A stretch of DNA of 63,869 nt, filler included, from an uncultured bacterium (lineage in GTDB: Bacteria > CAYJRR01): assembly GCA_964372275.1 (NCBI GenBank). It is 6 parts of 5 records of this genome, joined end to end, with 100 filler letters (N's around TTAATTAATTAA, not from the genome) between each part and the next. Parts side by side here need not be neighbours in the genome. Positions count along the whole stretch, not along the records: positions 21,683 to 38,737 come from CAYJRR010000002.1; 5 more parts are not named here. The stretch is one strand, 5' to 3'. Both the position numbers and the translations under genes were made by a program. Positions 23,994 to 34,210 of the stretch are shown here, in pieces (position 1 is the first letter of the stretch; the number at the start of each line of letters is the position of its first letter). The notes below the pieces were generated by a model that was not told the origin of the DNA, searched no databases, and was given only the letters and a program-made list of their open reading frames with translations.

Positions 23994-26480
23994 TTGTACG
24001 AACCGCAGGCGATCGAGACCAAATGGCAGCGGCGCTGGGCGGAGACGAACGCCTTCGCCGCCCCCGAGCGGCCGGACCCGGCACGGAAGTACTACGTCCT
24101 GGAGATGTTCCCCTACCCCTCGGGGAACCTCCACATGGGGCACGTCCGCAACTACGCCATCGGCGACCTGATCGCCCGCTTCCAGTGGATGCGGGGCAAC
24201 CAGGTGCTGCATCCGATGGGCTGGGACGCGCTGGGGCTCCCGGCCGAGCGCGCCGCCGTGAAGGACGGCATCCACCCGTCGGTTCGTACCGAGTCGAACA
24301 TCGCCAACGTGAAGCGCCAGTTCTTGAGGCTGGGGATCGCCTACGACTGGTCGCGTGAGATCGGGACCCACCGGCCCGCGTACTACCGTTGGAACCAGTG
24401 GTTCTTCCTGAAGTTCCTCGAGAAGGGGCTCGTCTACCGCCGGACGAGCGAGGTCAACTGGTGCCCGAACGACCAGACCGTCCTCGCCAACGAGCAGGTG
24501 ATCGAAGGGCGGTGCTGGCGGTGCGAGACGGTCGTCGTCAAGAAGGCGATGCCGGAGTGGGCGTTCCGCATCACCGCGTACGCGCAGCAACTCCTGGACG
24601 GGATCGAGGAGCTCGTGCGCGGCGGGTGGCCGGAACGGGTCACCACCATGCAGCGCAACTGGATCGGGAAGTCGGTCGGCCTGGAGTGCGAATTCCCGGT
24701 GGCGGGGAGCGCGGAAAAGATCCCGATCTTCACCACCCGCGCCGACACCATCCACGGCGCGACCTACGTGGTGCTGGCGCCGGAGCATCCACGGGTCGAG
24801 ACGATCACGGCGGAGTCGCGGAGGCCCGAGGTGCGGGCCTTCGTGGAGCGGATGCGTCGCACCGACAAGATCGCCCGCACCGCCGCCGACACCACCAAGG
24901 AAGGGGTCGACACCGGCGCCCGGGCGGTGAACCCGTTCACCGGGGAGACGATCCCGGTCTGGCTCGCGAACTTCGTGCTGGCCGACTACGGCACCGGCGC
25001 CGTGATGAGCGTCCCGGCGCACGACCAACGGGACTTCGAGTTCGCGAAGAAGTACGGCCTGCCGATCCGCGAGGTCGTCGCGCCGAGCGCCCGGTCCGGG
25101 GCGGCCGGGTTGGAGGCGGCGTTCACGGAGGACGGGGTGCTCGTGGCCTCGGGCGCGTTCACGGGAATGGAGTCGGCCAAGGCGCGGGAGGCGATCGCCG
25201 CCAAGGCCCAAGGAGAGGGGTTCGGCAAGGCGACGGTGAAGTGGCACCTGCGCGACTGGGGGTTCTCGCGGCAGCGGTATTGGGGGACGCCGATCCCGAT
25301 CGTCTACTGCGAGGGGTGCGGCGCGGTGCCGGTACCCGAGAAGGACCTGCCGATCGTCCTGCCGACCGACGCGCCGTTGACCGGCGAAGGGGCGGCGCCG
25401 CTCGCCAAGGTCGAGAGCTTCGTCAAGACGACCTGTCCGACCTGCGGCGGGCCCGCCCGGCGCGAGGTCGAGACGATGGACACCTTCGTCGACTCGACCT
25501 GGTACTTCGCGCGCTTCCTCGACCCCCGCAACGACCGGGCGCCGTTCCGCCGCGACCTCGCCGACGCCTGGCTGCCGGTCGACATCTACATCGGCGGTCC
25601 GGAGCACGCCGTCCTCCACCTCCTCTACTTCCGCTTCTGGACGATGGTGATGAAGGAGCTGGGGCTGGTGGCGGACGGGGAGCCGGTGCGCCGCCTCTTG
25701 ACCCAGGGGATCGTCTACAAGGACGGCGCGAAGATGTCGAAGTCGAAGGGGAACGTCGTCTCCCCCGACGAGATGGTGGAGAAGTACGGCGCCGACACGG
25801 CGCGGCTCTTCTCGCTGTTCGCCGCGCCCCCGGAGAAGGACCTGGAGTGGGACGACCAGAGCGTCGTCGGCTGCTTCAAGTTCCTGAAGCGGGCGCACGC
25901 GCTCGTCGAGCGATCGTTTGCGAGGGTGTCGGGGGCGCCGGCGCTCGATCCGGCCGTGCTGGCGAAGGAGGCTCCGGCGTGCCACGCCGCCTGGCGCGAG
26001 ACCCACGCCCTGGTGGAGCACGCGACCGGCGGGATCGGCGAGCGGTTCCATTACAACACCCCCGTCGCCAAGATGATGGGGCTGATCAACACGCTCTCCG
26101 ACCTGCCGGAGAAGGAGTTGGAGACGCCGCAGGGCCGGTCGGCGCTCCGATTCTCGTTGGAGACGCTGTCCCGGGTGCTCGCGCCCTACGCCCCGCACCT
26201 GGCCGAGGAGATGTGGGAGATGCTCGGACACGACGGCGGGATCGTGAAGGCCGGCTGGCCCTCCCACGACCCGGCGGCGCTCAAGGCCGAGACCTTCACC
26301 ATGGCGGTGCAGGTGAACGGCAAGGTGCGCGGCGAGGTGACCCTGCCGGTCGGCGCCGACGAGGCGACCGCCAGGGCCGCCGCCCTCGGCGACGCCAAGG
26401 TGAAACCGTGGGTCGCCGACAAGAAGGTCGTCCGCGTGGTCTACGTGCCGGGGAAGATCCTGAATCTGGTGGTCGCGTGA
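23994..26480 (+). CDS. leuS: Leucine--tRNA ligase
   Basis: YEPQAIETKWQ, MFPYPSGNLHMGH, editing-domain GTGAVMSVPAHDQRD, KMSKS, VQVNGKVR. Start is TTG 23994 or GTG 23952. Confidence 0.97.
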   Translation: MYEPQAIETKWQRRWAETNAFAAPERPDPARKYYVLEMFPYPSGNLHMGHVRNYAIGDLIARFQWMRGNQVLHPMGWDALGLPAERAAVKDGIHPSVRTESNIANVKRQFLRLGIAYDWSREIGTHRPAYYRWNQWFFLKFLEKGLVYRRTSEVNWCPNDQTVLANEQVIEGRCWRCETVVVKKAMPEWAFRITAYAQQLLDGIEELVRGGWPERVTTMQRNWIGKSVGLECEFPVAGSAEKIPIFTTRADTIHGATYVVLAPEHPRVETITAESRRPEVRAFVERMRRTDKIARTAADTTKEGVDTGARAVNPFTGETIPVWLANFVLADYGTGAVMSVPAHDQRDFEFAKKYGLPIREVVAPSARSGAAGLEAAFTEDGVLVASGAFTGMESAKAREAIAAKAQGEGFGKATVKWHLRDWGFSRQRYWGTPIPIVYCEGCGAVPVPEKDLPIVLPTDAPLTGEGAAPLAKVESFVKTTCPTCGGPARREVETMDTFVDSTWYFARFLDPRNDRAPFRRDLADAWLPVDIYIGGPEHAVLHLLYFRFWTMVMKELGLVADGEPVRRLLTQGIVYKDGAKMSKSKGNVVSPDEMVEKYGADTARLFSLFAAPPEKDLEWDDQSVVGCFKFLKRAHALVERSFARVSGAPALDPAVLAKEAPACHAAWRETHALVEHATGGIGERFHYNTPVAKMMGLINTLSDLPEKELETPQGRSALRFSLETLSRVLAPYAPHLAEEMWEMLGHDGGIVKAGWPSHDPAALKAETFTMAVQVNGKVRGEVTLPVGADEATARAAALGDAKVKPWVADKKVVRVVYVPGKILNLVVA

Positions 26481-27049
26481 ACGATCCGAACCGACATGGG
26501 TCGGCTCGGTTCCGGCGGGTGCTTCTCGGCGTTTTCCTGCTCACGACTGCGGCCTGCGGCTATCGCCTGAAGGGCGAGCTCTCCCCGCCGGCCGGCGTCC
26601 GCCGCATCGCCGTCCCGACGTTCGCCAACCGGACCTACGAACCCGGGCTCGAGCTCCCCTTCACCGAGCGGCTCCGGAACGAATTCGTTCGGGGACGGGG
26701 CATGGCGCTTTCGCTCGACCGGGCGCAGGCCGATGCGGTCCTCGCCGGCGAGGTGTTGAGCTTCCGCGCCGTTCCCACGGTGCTGGTGAAGCCGGCCGGA
26801 TTCCCCGAGGACCGGCGCCTGCCGACGCGCTACCGCGCGGTGGTCGAGGTTCGGATCGCCCTCCTGTCGGTCGCGACCGGCGAGGTGCTGTGGGAGGACC
26901 GGCTCGAGGGGACCGAGGAGTACGACGCCGGCGCCGCGCCGGAGGGGTTCGAGCCGCTGGCGCGCGAGTCGCAGCAACAGCAGGCGATCGCGAGCCTCGC
27001 CGAGGACCTGATGCGCGAGGCGTACGACCGGATGATGAGCGACTTCTGA
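26477..27049 (+). CDS. lptE: LPS assembly lipoprotein LptE family
   Basis: Lipobox-like TAACGYRL, PTFANRTYEPGLE; canonical position after leuS with GTGA overlap. Confidence 0.8.
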   Translation: MNDPNRHGSARFRRVLLGVFLLTTAACGYRLKGELSPPAGVRRIAVPTFANRTYEPGLELPFTERLRNEFVRGRGMALSLDRAQADAVLAGEVLSFRAVPTVLVKPAGFPEDRRLPTRYRAVVEVRIALLSVATGEVLWEDRLEGTEEYDAGAAPEGFEPLARESQQQQAIASLAEDLMREAYDRMMSDF

Positions 27050-27936
27050 TGGCGGACCGTCCGCCGCGCGCCCGCTTCGAGGAGCTGGTGGAGGTGATGC
27101 ACCGCCTCCGGACCGGATGTCCGTGGGACCGTGAGCAGACGTGGGGATCGCTCCGGCCATACGTGCTCGAAGAGGCCTACGAGGTGGTCGACGCCCTCGA
27201 CCGGGCCGTCGAGGCGGGGCGTGGCGAGTCGGACCGCGAACCTGCCGTCGTCACCGGCGCCCAGAAGGAGCTCCCGTCGTCGCCGGCGCGCGAGGCGGCT
27301 CGAAAGGTGGCGGACGAGGCGGGGGATCTGCTGTTCCAGGTCGTCTTCCTGGCCGAGATCGCCGCCGAGAAGGGATGGTTCGACGTCGACGAGGTGGTGG
27401 GCGGGATCCGGGAGAAGCTGGTGCGGCGGCATCCGCACGTCTTCGGCGAGGTCCAGGCGGAGACGGCCGACGACGTGGTGCGCAACTGGGAGGCGATCAA
27501 GGCCGGCGAACGCGCGGTGGAGGGGAGCACCTCCGCGCTCGACGGCGTGCCGAAGGCGCTGCCGGCGCTGGTGCGAGCGGAGAAGCTGGGGAAACGCGCC
27601 GCGCGCGCCGGGTTCGACTGGCGGTCGGCGGAGGCGGTCCTGGACAAGGTCGAGGAGGAGCTGGCGGAGGTGCGCGGCGCGCTGGCGAAGGGGGATCGGG
27701 CCGGCGCCGCGCGCGAGCTGGGGGACCTCCTCTTCGCCGCCGCGCAGGCCGCGCGCTTCCTGGACGTCAATCCCGAGGAGGCGGCGCGTGGCGCAACCGC
27801 CACCTTCGAGGCGCGCTTCCGCCGGCTGGAGCGGGAGCTCGCCGCCGAAGGGAAGCGCCCGGCCGACGTCGACGACGCCGAGCTCGACCGCCGTTGGGAG
27901 GCCGCCAAGCGCGCCCTCCGCGAGGGGACCGGGTAG
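27049..27936 (+). CDS. mazG: Nucleoside triphosphate pyrophosphohydrolase MazG
   Basis: GCPWDREQT, EEAYEVVDA, EAGDLLFQV, KLVRRHPHVFG, GFDW, ELGDLLF. Confidence 0.93.
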   Translation: MADRPPRARFEELVEVMHRLRTGCPWDREQTWGSLRPYVLEEAYEVVDALDRAVEAGRGESDREPAVVTGAQKELPSSPAREAARKVADEAGDLLFQVVFLAEIAAEKGWFDVDEVVGGIREKLVRRHPHVFGEVQAETADDVVRNWEAIKAGERAVEGSTSALDGVPKALPALVRAEKLGKRAARAGFDWRSAEAVLDKVEEELAEVRGALAKGDRAGAARELGDLLFAAAQAARFLDVNPEEAARGATATFEARFRRLERELAAEGKRPADVDDAELDRRWEAAKRALREGTG

Positions 27937-27966
27937 AGGGCCCATGTTCCTCCCGGCGAGAGCTCG

Positions 27967-28320
27967 ATGACCCCGGCGCTATTTCGCTGGTTGGAGACGC
28001 GCCTGCCATTGACGCGGCCGGCGATGATCTCTGCTTTCCTATGCCCGGGTCTCGGACAGTGGCTCGCCGGCCGGCGCCTGCTCGGCGCCGCACTGATGCT
28101 CGGTGCCGTCGCCTCGGTCGGCACCCCGTTCGCGGTCTGCCTCCTGGCGATGCTCCGCCCCCCGCCGTGCGACCTGTGGTCCCGGACCCTCTGGCAGTGC
28201 AACCTCGACGCCCTCGCCCACGCCTGGCGCGCTACCGTCCCGGTGCTGCGGTGGTCCGTCCCCTCGCTGGCGGCGATCTGGGCCGGCGCGGTCGCCCATG
28301 CCCAGCGGCTCGGGCGATAG
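27967..28320 (+). CDS. Small membrane hypothetical protein
   Basis: SAFLCPGLGQWLAGRRLLG (PGLG[QH] motif) and 2-3 TM segments. Confidence 0.6.
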   Translation: MTPALFRWLETRLPLTRPAMISAFLCPGLGQWLAGRRLLGAALMLGAVASVGTPFAVCLLAMLRPPPCDLWSRTLWQCNLDALAHAWRATVPVLRWSVPSLAAIWAGAVAHAQRLGR

Positions 28321-28333
28321 TCGGCGCGCGACG

Positions 28334-29704
28334 TCAGTGCGCGGCGAGGTTTAGGCCGCCCGGGTAGCCGTAGGAGACGTACTGGTCGAAGCCGGTCACC
28401 GTCAGTCCGACCGGCGCCGAGGCCTTCAAGTGGTGCGTGCCGTCGGTGACGTCATGGACCAGGCTGCGCCAGCCGGAGCCGAAGTCGGTCCATTCGCTTT
28501 CCGGCAGCGGCTCGCCGTCGAGCGTCACCTCGACCCCGTCCCGCGCGACGACGGTGATCGAGTCGAACTCGTAGCCGGTCGGCGTGAGGAAGATGTACTC
28601 GTCGAGGTACTGCTCCTCGGGCGCGATCAGGATCATCGACGGATCGCCGGTGCCGGCGTTGTACATCTCGCCGACCAGGTACTGACCGACGAGCACCGGC
28701 TTGTTGGCGTGGACCAGGAAGTCCTGGGTCGACTCGAACTCCAGGAACTGTCCGGCGGAGAGCGTCCCGCTGCCGCCGGGCTGGGGCGGCTCGGTCGTGA
28801 CCTCCGTCCCGTCCTCGTGCGCCAGGATCCGCCACAGGTCGGGCTCGAAACCGCGCGCCAGGCTCTTGGCCGCGGCGTAGGTCGATCCCCAGGTGGTGAC
28901 CGGGATCAACTGCTCTTCGAGGTGGTCGCACGCGGCGTAGGTGAGCGGCACGGGGGAGCACTCGGTCCCGCCGAAGACGGCGATCCGCTTGTCGGCGGTC
29001 ACCAGCGTTCCGGTGAGGTCGGCGAGGTACTCGTTGGTCTCGACGTTCAGCACCTGCCCCTTCTGGAGCGTGGCGGTCATCGTCTCGCCGGGGAAGTGCG
29101 CGGGGATGTCGTTGCCGGCGGCCGTCTTGGCGGTGACGGTCACCGAGACCTCGGTCGTCCCGTCCTCGACGGCGACCACTGTCACGAATCCGGGCAACAT
29201 CCCGTCTACCGGCTGCGGCCAGGAGAGCGCGCGGTAGGTCGTTCCCAGGGACTCGGACGGGAGGAGCAGGCTCGCGTCGTTGCTGTAGACCATCACGTTC
29301 CCGATCGGATTGAACTGGTGGGCCGTGACCGGCTGGGTGCTCTTGATGTGGTAGGCCTTGTCGAGAATGCCGGTCCCCTGCACGTCGGCGCGTGGCAGCT
29401 CGAAGATCTCGAGGCCTCCGCCCTCCACCCGCCGCTCGTCGACCGTCTCGCCGGCGAAGGTGATGGTGACGGTCGCCGCCGGGTTCCCGTGGGGGTTGCT
29501 CACCACCACGCCGTATTGCGCCGCCGACGCGTCCCCGTCGGGGAAGTCGGGGGAGTAGTAGTTGTCGAGGTCGACTGCGTAGAAGTCCTTGCCGAGGTAC
29601 GTGCCGCCGTACGACTGCAGGCTGTTCTCGTTGCATCCGACCGCGGACAACGCCGCCGCCGCCGTCAGGGACCGGATCGAAAGCCGGGTTCGCGTCGGTC
29701 TCAA
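28334..29704 (-). CDS. IgGFc-binding-domain lipoprotein
   Basis: TTG 29704 after GGAGGAG; lipobox SAVGC; HQFNP, SNDASLLLP, CDHLEEQLIP, GDPSMILIAP, SYGYPGG. Confidence 0.85.
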   Translation of the reverse strand: MRPTRTRLSIRSLTAAAALSAVGCNENSLQSYGGTYLGKDFYAVDLDNYYSPDFPDGDASAAQYGVVVSNPHGNPAATVTITFAGETVDERRVEGGGLEIFELPRADVQGTGILDKAYHIKSTQPVTAHQFNPIGNVMVYSNDASLLLPSESLGTTYRALSWPQPVDGMLPGFVTVVAVEDGTTEVSVTVTAKTAAGNDIPAHFPGETMTATLQKGQVLNVETNEYLADLTGTLVTADKRIAVFGGTECSPVPLTYAACDHLEEQLIPVTTWGSTYAAAKSLARGFEPDLWRILAHEDGTEVTTEPPQPGGSGTLSAGQFLEFESTQDFLVHANKPVLVGQYLVGEMYNAGTGDPSMILIAPEEQYLDEYIFLTPTGYEFDSITVVARDGVEVTLDGEPLPESEWTDFGSGWRSLVHDVTDGTHHLKASAPVGLTVTGFDQYVSYGYPGGLNLAAH

Positions 29705-29928
29705 GGCTCCTCCTCCACCGTTCTTCAACGTGCGCGCAAACGAGCCCGACACCCTCGCTCGTGTCGGCCTCGGTGTCAATCTCGATGTCGCAGATCCGAT
29801 GGGACCTGGATGGGGCAGTGGCCGGACAGGTTGCCAGGCAATCCGCCTCGGACCAACGCAACGTCCCGAAATTTCGACCGTCGGGAATGGCCTCCGGATT
29901 GCGACCCGTGGTCCTCCGGAGGGAGACG

Positions 29929-30993
29929 ATGCGCCGAATTCGAGCTCGGTTCCAGACGGTGTCAACGGCATGCCTGCTGACGTTGGTCACGGCGACGGCG
30001 AAGGCGGTGGACATCGACATCGGGTGCGAGGATGGTCGCGACGCGGTCGCCGAGGTCGTGTCGTCGGTCGACGACGCCGCGATGAAGAGCTGGTTCGACG
30101 GCCCCTGGTGGAACCCGTTCCATCGCCGGTGGTGCTCCACCGGATCGCAAGGACAGTTCGGATGGGCGCGGACCAGCGGTCCGCCGACCACCGACGCCGG
30201 CGATCGCTTCGGCGAGCTCTACCGTGACGTCCTCGACGGCCGTCCCGTCCTCCCCGCGGAGGCCGCCGACCACGTCTATCTCGTGATCAAGGGCCTCTAC
30301 GGCAACCAGCTCGCCGGCTACATGGAGGCGAATCGCGATCGGCTCGAAGACCGCGGCCTCGACGCGCGCCTGGTGCCGATCGACACCGAAGCCGGGGTGG
30401 AACGGAACGCGGCGCGGATCCGCGATGCGATCCTGGCCGCGACGCGGACCGGCAAGAAGGTGGTGATCGTCGGACACAGCAAGGGGGGCGTCGACACCAC
30501 CGCGGCGCTGTCGCTCTACCCGGAGCTGAAGGACCGGGTGCGGGCGCTGGTCGCGATCCAATCGCCCTACGGCGGCTCGCCGGTCGCCGAGGACATCCAG
30601 GGCTGCAACGCGCTCCGTCGCATCACCGACGGTTTCGTGAAGAACATCTGGGGCGGCAGTCCGCAATCGATGATCGACCTCACCTACCGGCAGCGCCGCG
30701 CGTTCATCGCCGCACACCCGTTCCCGAGCGACGTCCCGACGGTGTCGCTCGCCAGCTCCCGCGTGGTGCAGCTCAGCTCGGTGATGTGGAAGACGGCCTA
30801 CTACGCGCGATACCGGTACGGGAAGCGCTCCGACGGCCTGGTGCTGCCGGAGGACGCCGAGATCCCCGGCTCCCGCGTGGTGCGCCTCGACGACATGGAC
30901 CACGCCGAGGGCGGGCTGGTCGGCGTGCCCGGATTGCGGAAGCACCATCCCGGCGACATCACCGAGGCGCTGGTTGCCCTGGCGCTCCAGTAG
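29929..30993 (+). CDS. Secreted alpha/beta hydrolase (lipase-like)
   Basis: Signal peptide; nucleophile elbow GHSKGG, QSPYGGSP, SDGLV, MDH. Confidence 0.85.
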   Translation: MRRIRARFQTVSTACLLTLVTATAKAVDIDIGCEDGRDAVAEVVSSVDDAAMKSWFDGPWWNPFHRRWCSTGSQGQFGWARTSGPPTTDAGDRFGELYRDVLDGRPVLPAEAADHVYLVIKGLYGNQLAGYMEANRDRLEDRGLDARLVPIDTEAGVERNAARIRDAILAATRTGKKVVIVGHSKGGVDTTAALSLYPELKDRVRALVAIQSPYGGSPVAEDIQGCNALRRITDGFVKNIWGGSPQSMIDLTYRQRRAFIAAHPFPSDVPTVSLASSRVVQLSSVMWKTAYYARYRYGKRSDGLVLPEDAEIPGSRVVRLDDMDHAEGGLVGVPGLRKHHPGDITEALVALALQ

Positions 30994-31013
30994 GCCAGAC
31001 GAGGGCGGCGTCG

Positions 31014-32573
31014 CTACGCGCCGGCGTAGCGCTCGTCGAAGACGACCTGCGAACGCTCGCGCCGGACATCGCCCCGCCAGACGACGGGTGGCGCCGGCTC
31101 CTGGGGGTCGACCTTTCCGACGCGCGCGACGTTGACCACCTCGATCCCCGTGGGCGCGCCGAGGAGCTCCTTCACCCGCGCTTCGCCGGCAGCGAGCCCC
31201 TCGCGGCGGGGGCCGGGGATCTCCTCCAGCACCGACGGAACCTGCTGCGCGGCGAGCCCCCGGCGCTCGGCTTCGTACAGCACCCGCATCGCCGACGCGC
31301 CGGCGTCGATCACCGCCGACGCCCAGGGGCGACGCCCCTCCGGTCGTTCCTCCGCGGAGATGCCCCACGCGATCACCAGCGGGGCTTCGCGCACCAGTTC
31401 CGAGACCGACTCGCGCACCGTCTCCTCCACCGACGCGCCCCCCAACGCGCCGGTGAGGCGGCTCCACAGGCTTCGCGACGGACCGCGCAGGAGTTTGGCC
31501 GCGTCCTTGCCGAGGACGAGGAGGCCGTCGCCGCGCCTGCGCCATTCGGCCTCGTCGGTCGACTGCCAGGCCGCGATCTGCCGGCCGTATTCGTCGTCCC
31601 GGTAGAGGGCCGCCGTCACGTCGAACATCACGTCGGCGAACCGACCGATCTCGGTCGGGGATTGCACGAAGACCAGGCGCGGTGCGGAGATCCCCGGGGC
31701 GCGTCCCGCGATGCCGGACCCGGCCGCCAGGGCGCGGACGACCGGTGGCGGCAGCGTCGCGGAGACGAAATGGCCGCGGGCGGTCGTCCTCCGGCGCAGG
31801 ACCTCCAACGGTTCGCCGTGGCCGTCGGCGACCGACCCCTGGCGGAGGTGCGCGTCGAGATGCCCGAACCGTTCGGCGGAGATCGTCGCGAGCGATGGGG
31901 GTGGCGGCGGCGACTGCCGCTCCGGGATCACGCCGACCACCGCGTGGCACTGGACGGCCTCCGGGAATCCGAGCCACGACCGGAGATCGGTCTCGGCCGC
32001 TTCGCTCGGACGCCACTCGGTCCAAGCGTGACCCAACCCGGCGGTCGCGATCCGCATCGACTCGAGCGTCGCGCCGACGGCGAGCAGGGCGGTGCGATCG
32101 CCGTGCACGCCGGGCTCTCGGCGGCGCGTGTCGTAGAGGACGGCGATCAGGGCCGGCGCCTCCGCCAGCATCGGCATCGGCCAGTGGAGCGCGCCGGCCG
32201 AACGGTCGGCGGCGGCGCGGGCGACGGTCCGATCGCGCACCGCCGGATCGCGCACCACGACGAACGCCAGCGGCTGCGTGTTCTGGGCCGATGGCGCCTG
32301 CCGACCGGCGTCGACGACCGCCTCCAACGCGCGGGCGAGGGTGGACGCCCGGGCCTCGGCAAGCTGCTTGGCCGCCGCGGCCAGGCGCGGAGGGCCGGAA
32401 CGGGGCGGGCCCCCACGAGGGGGACCTCCCCGAGGCTCGGCCGTCCGGCCGGGTCCGGACGGGGCCGCCGACGTCGGCGCGGCGCCCGCCGTCACGCCGC
32501 TCGCCGCTCCCGGCCGCGCGGCGCCCGGTTCCGCCGCCGGCGGGGCTCCGTTGGTGGGGACCCCTTCGGTCAC
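31014..32573 (-). CDS. Nitroreductase-family protein with two domains
   Basis: QAPSAQNTQPLAFVVV; second half VLRRRTTARGHF...IDAGASAMRVLYEAERRGLA. GTGA overlap with the TPR gene. Confidence 0.7.
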   Translation of the reverse strand: MTEGVPTNGAPPAAEPGAARPGAASGVTAGAAPTSAAPSGPGRTAEPRGGPPRGGPPRSGPPRLAAAAKQLAEARASTLARALEAVVDAGRQAPSAQNTQPLAFVVVRDPAVRDRTVARAAADRSAGALHWPMPMLAEAPALIAVLYDTRRREPGVHGDRTALLAVGATLESMRIATAGLGHAWTEWRPSEAAETDLRSWLGFPEAVQCHAVVGVIPERQSPPPPPSLATISAERFGHLDAHLRQGSVADGHGEPLEVLRRRTTARGHFVSATLPPPVVRALAAGSGIAGRAPGISAPRLVFVQSPTEIGRFADVMFDVTAALYRDDEYGRQIAAWQSTDEAEWRRRGDGLLVLGKDAAKLLRGPSRSLWSRLTGALGGASVEETVRESVSELVREAPLVIAWGISAEERPEGRRPWASAVIDAGASAMRVLYEAERRGLAAQQVPSVLEEIPGPRREGLAAGEARVKELLGAPTGIEVVNVARVGKVDPQEPAPPVVWRGDVRRERSQVVFDERYAGA

Positions 32574-33283
32574 GCCTTCCTCCCCGCGTCGGCGACCAGC
32601 CGGAGGTACATCTTGGCCGGCGCGTTTTCGGCATCGCTCGCCAGGACCGCCTTCCATTCGGCGGCGGCCTCCTCCGTCCGTTGGAGCGAATAGTACGTGA
32701 GACCGAGCTGCACGCCCGCAGGAGCGTAGCGGGGTCGCTGTTTCTTGGCCGTCAACAGCTCCGCGAGCGCTTCCTCCTTTCGCCCGGCCTCGCGCAGCGT
32801 CTTCCCGAGCGAGGTCCGGATGTCGGCGAAGTCGGGACGCAGCTCGAGCGCGCGCCGGTATTCGCGGATCGCCGCGGAGGTCTGGTAGATCGCCCCGTAG
32901 ACGTCGGCGAGATCGGCGTGCATGTTCGCCAGCTTCCCCTTCACGAAGGGATCGATCTGGCCGTCGGTCTCGCCCCCGCCTTGCGTGGCACGGGCGTAGA
33001 CGGCGCGGGCCTCGTTGTACATGCCGAGGTCGTTGTAGGTGACGGCGAGGTTGAGGCAGGCCTCGGTGTAGGCGGGGTTGATCTTGAGCGCCTTCTGGAA
33101 CGACTCCAGCGCGTCGCCGAACCGACCCTGGTCGTGGAGGATCGCCCCGCGCATGTTGTGGACGTCGGCGAAGCTCTCGGTCTGCCCGAGGATCGCTTCG
33201 AGCAACGGCAGCGCCGCCGGATAGTCGCGCGCCTGGAACCTCTCCCGCGCCTGCTCGATCAGCGCTCGGAGATTCGGGTCCAT
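32570..33283 (-). CDS. Tetratricopeptide repeat protein (start at a 10-N gap)
   Basis: FADVHNMRGAILHDQG, ALKINPAYTEACLNLAVTYND, ALELRPDFADIRTSLG. Confidence 0.88.
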   Translation of the reverse strand: MDPNLRALIEQARERFQARDYPAALPLLEAILGQTESFADVHNMRGAILHDQGRFGDALESFQKALKINPAYTEACLNLAVTYNDLGMYNEARAVYARATQGGGETDGQIDPFVKGKLANMHADLADVYGAIYQTSAAIREYRRALELRPDFADIRTSLGKTLREAGRKEEALAELLTAKKQRPRYAPAGVQLGLTYYSLQRTEEAAAEWKAVLASDAENAPAKMYLRLVADAGRKA

Positions 33284-33302
33284 NNNNNNNNNNGGGTCCA
33301 TC

Positions 33303-34175
33303 CTACTTCGGCGACTCCGTCGGGGCCGGCGTGCCCGTGGGCGCGGCCGTCGTCGCGGGCGCCGGGGTCGACGCGGGACCGGGCTCGGCCGCGGCCGGAG
33401 GGGCCTGCCCGAGCCGCGCCAGGAGCTTGCGCGCCTCCCGTGCGAATCGCGACGAGGGGTGCGCCCGCAGGAACGCGGTGAGCTGCGTCCTCGCGTCGCC
33501 GTGCGCCCGGGTGTGGTAGAGCGCCTTGCCCAGGAGGAAGCTCGCCTCCTCGACCGCGGTCGATTCCGGATACTTGGCGAGGACGTTTCGGAGCCGCCCG
33601 AGCGACGCCTTGTACTTGCGGTGCTTGACGTAGTAGCGCCCGACGTAGAGCTCCTTCTCCGCCAGCCGATCGCGCCCCTCACCGACCCGTTTGGCCGCGT
33701 CGGCGGCGTACTTGCTGTCGGGGAACCGGGTGATGAAGGCGCGGAACTCCTCCAGCGCCTTCTCCACCCCCACCTGGTCGCGGTCGACCGACCGGGGGGA
33801 GTCCTGGAACATCGACAGACCGACGCGGTACGACGCGTAGTCCACCTTCTCGTGCTTGGGGTGGAGCTTGGCGAAGGTGCGATAGGCGTCGGCGGCGTCG
33901 ACGTACTCGTGCTTCTTGAAGAGGGCGTCCGCGATCTTCAGCTCCGCGTCGACCGCGTAGCGGCTGAACGGGAACTTGTTGCGCAGCTTCTCGAACTCGG
34001 TGATGGCGTCGTCGTAGTAGCCGCGCTTGAGTGACTTCGACGCCTTCTTGAAGCTCTGCTGCGCCTCGTCCACGGGCTCGTCGGCGCCGCGGGCGACGGG
34101 CGCCGCCGCGGCAACCGCGAACGCGAGAAGGGCGGGAAGCGCCGCCCGGAGGGCGCATCGTACGGTCGGAAACAC
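33303..34175 (-). CDS. bamD: Outer membrane protein assembly factor BamD
   Basis: FPFSRYAVDAELKIAD, HPKHEKVDYA, DRDQ, FPDSKYA, LAEKELYVGRYY. Confidence 0.9.
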   Translation of the reverse strand: MFPTVRCALRAALPALLAFAVAAAAPVARGADEPVDEAQQSFKKASKSLKRGYYDDAITEFEKLRNKFPFSRYAVDAELKIADALFKKHEYVDAADAYRTFAKLHPKHEKVDYASYRVGLSMFQDSPRSVDRDQVGVEKALEEFRAFITRFPDSKYAADAAKRVGEGRDRLAEKELYVGRYYVKHRKYKASLGRLRNVLAKYPESTAVEEASFLLGKALYHTRAHGDARTQLTAFLRAHPSSRFAREARKLLARLGQAPPAAAEPGPASTPAPATTAAPTGTPAPTESPK

Positions 34176-34210
34176 CGGGGCCGGACGCTAGCACGCGCCC
34201 CGGGCGCGCG

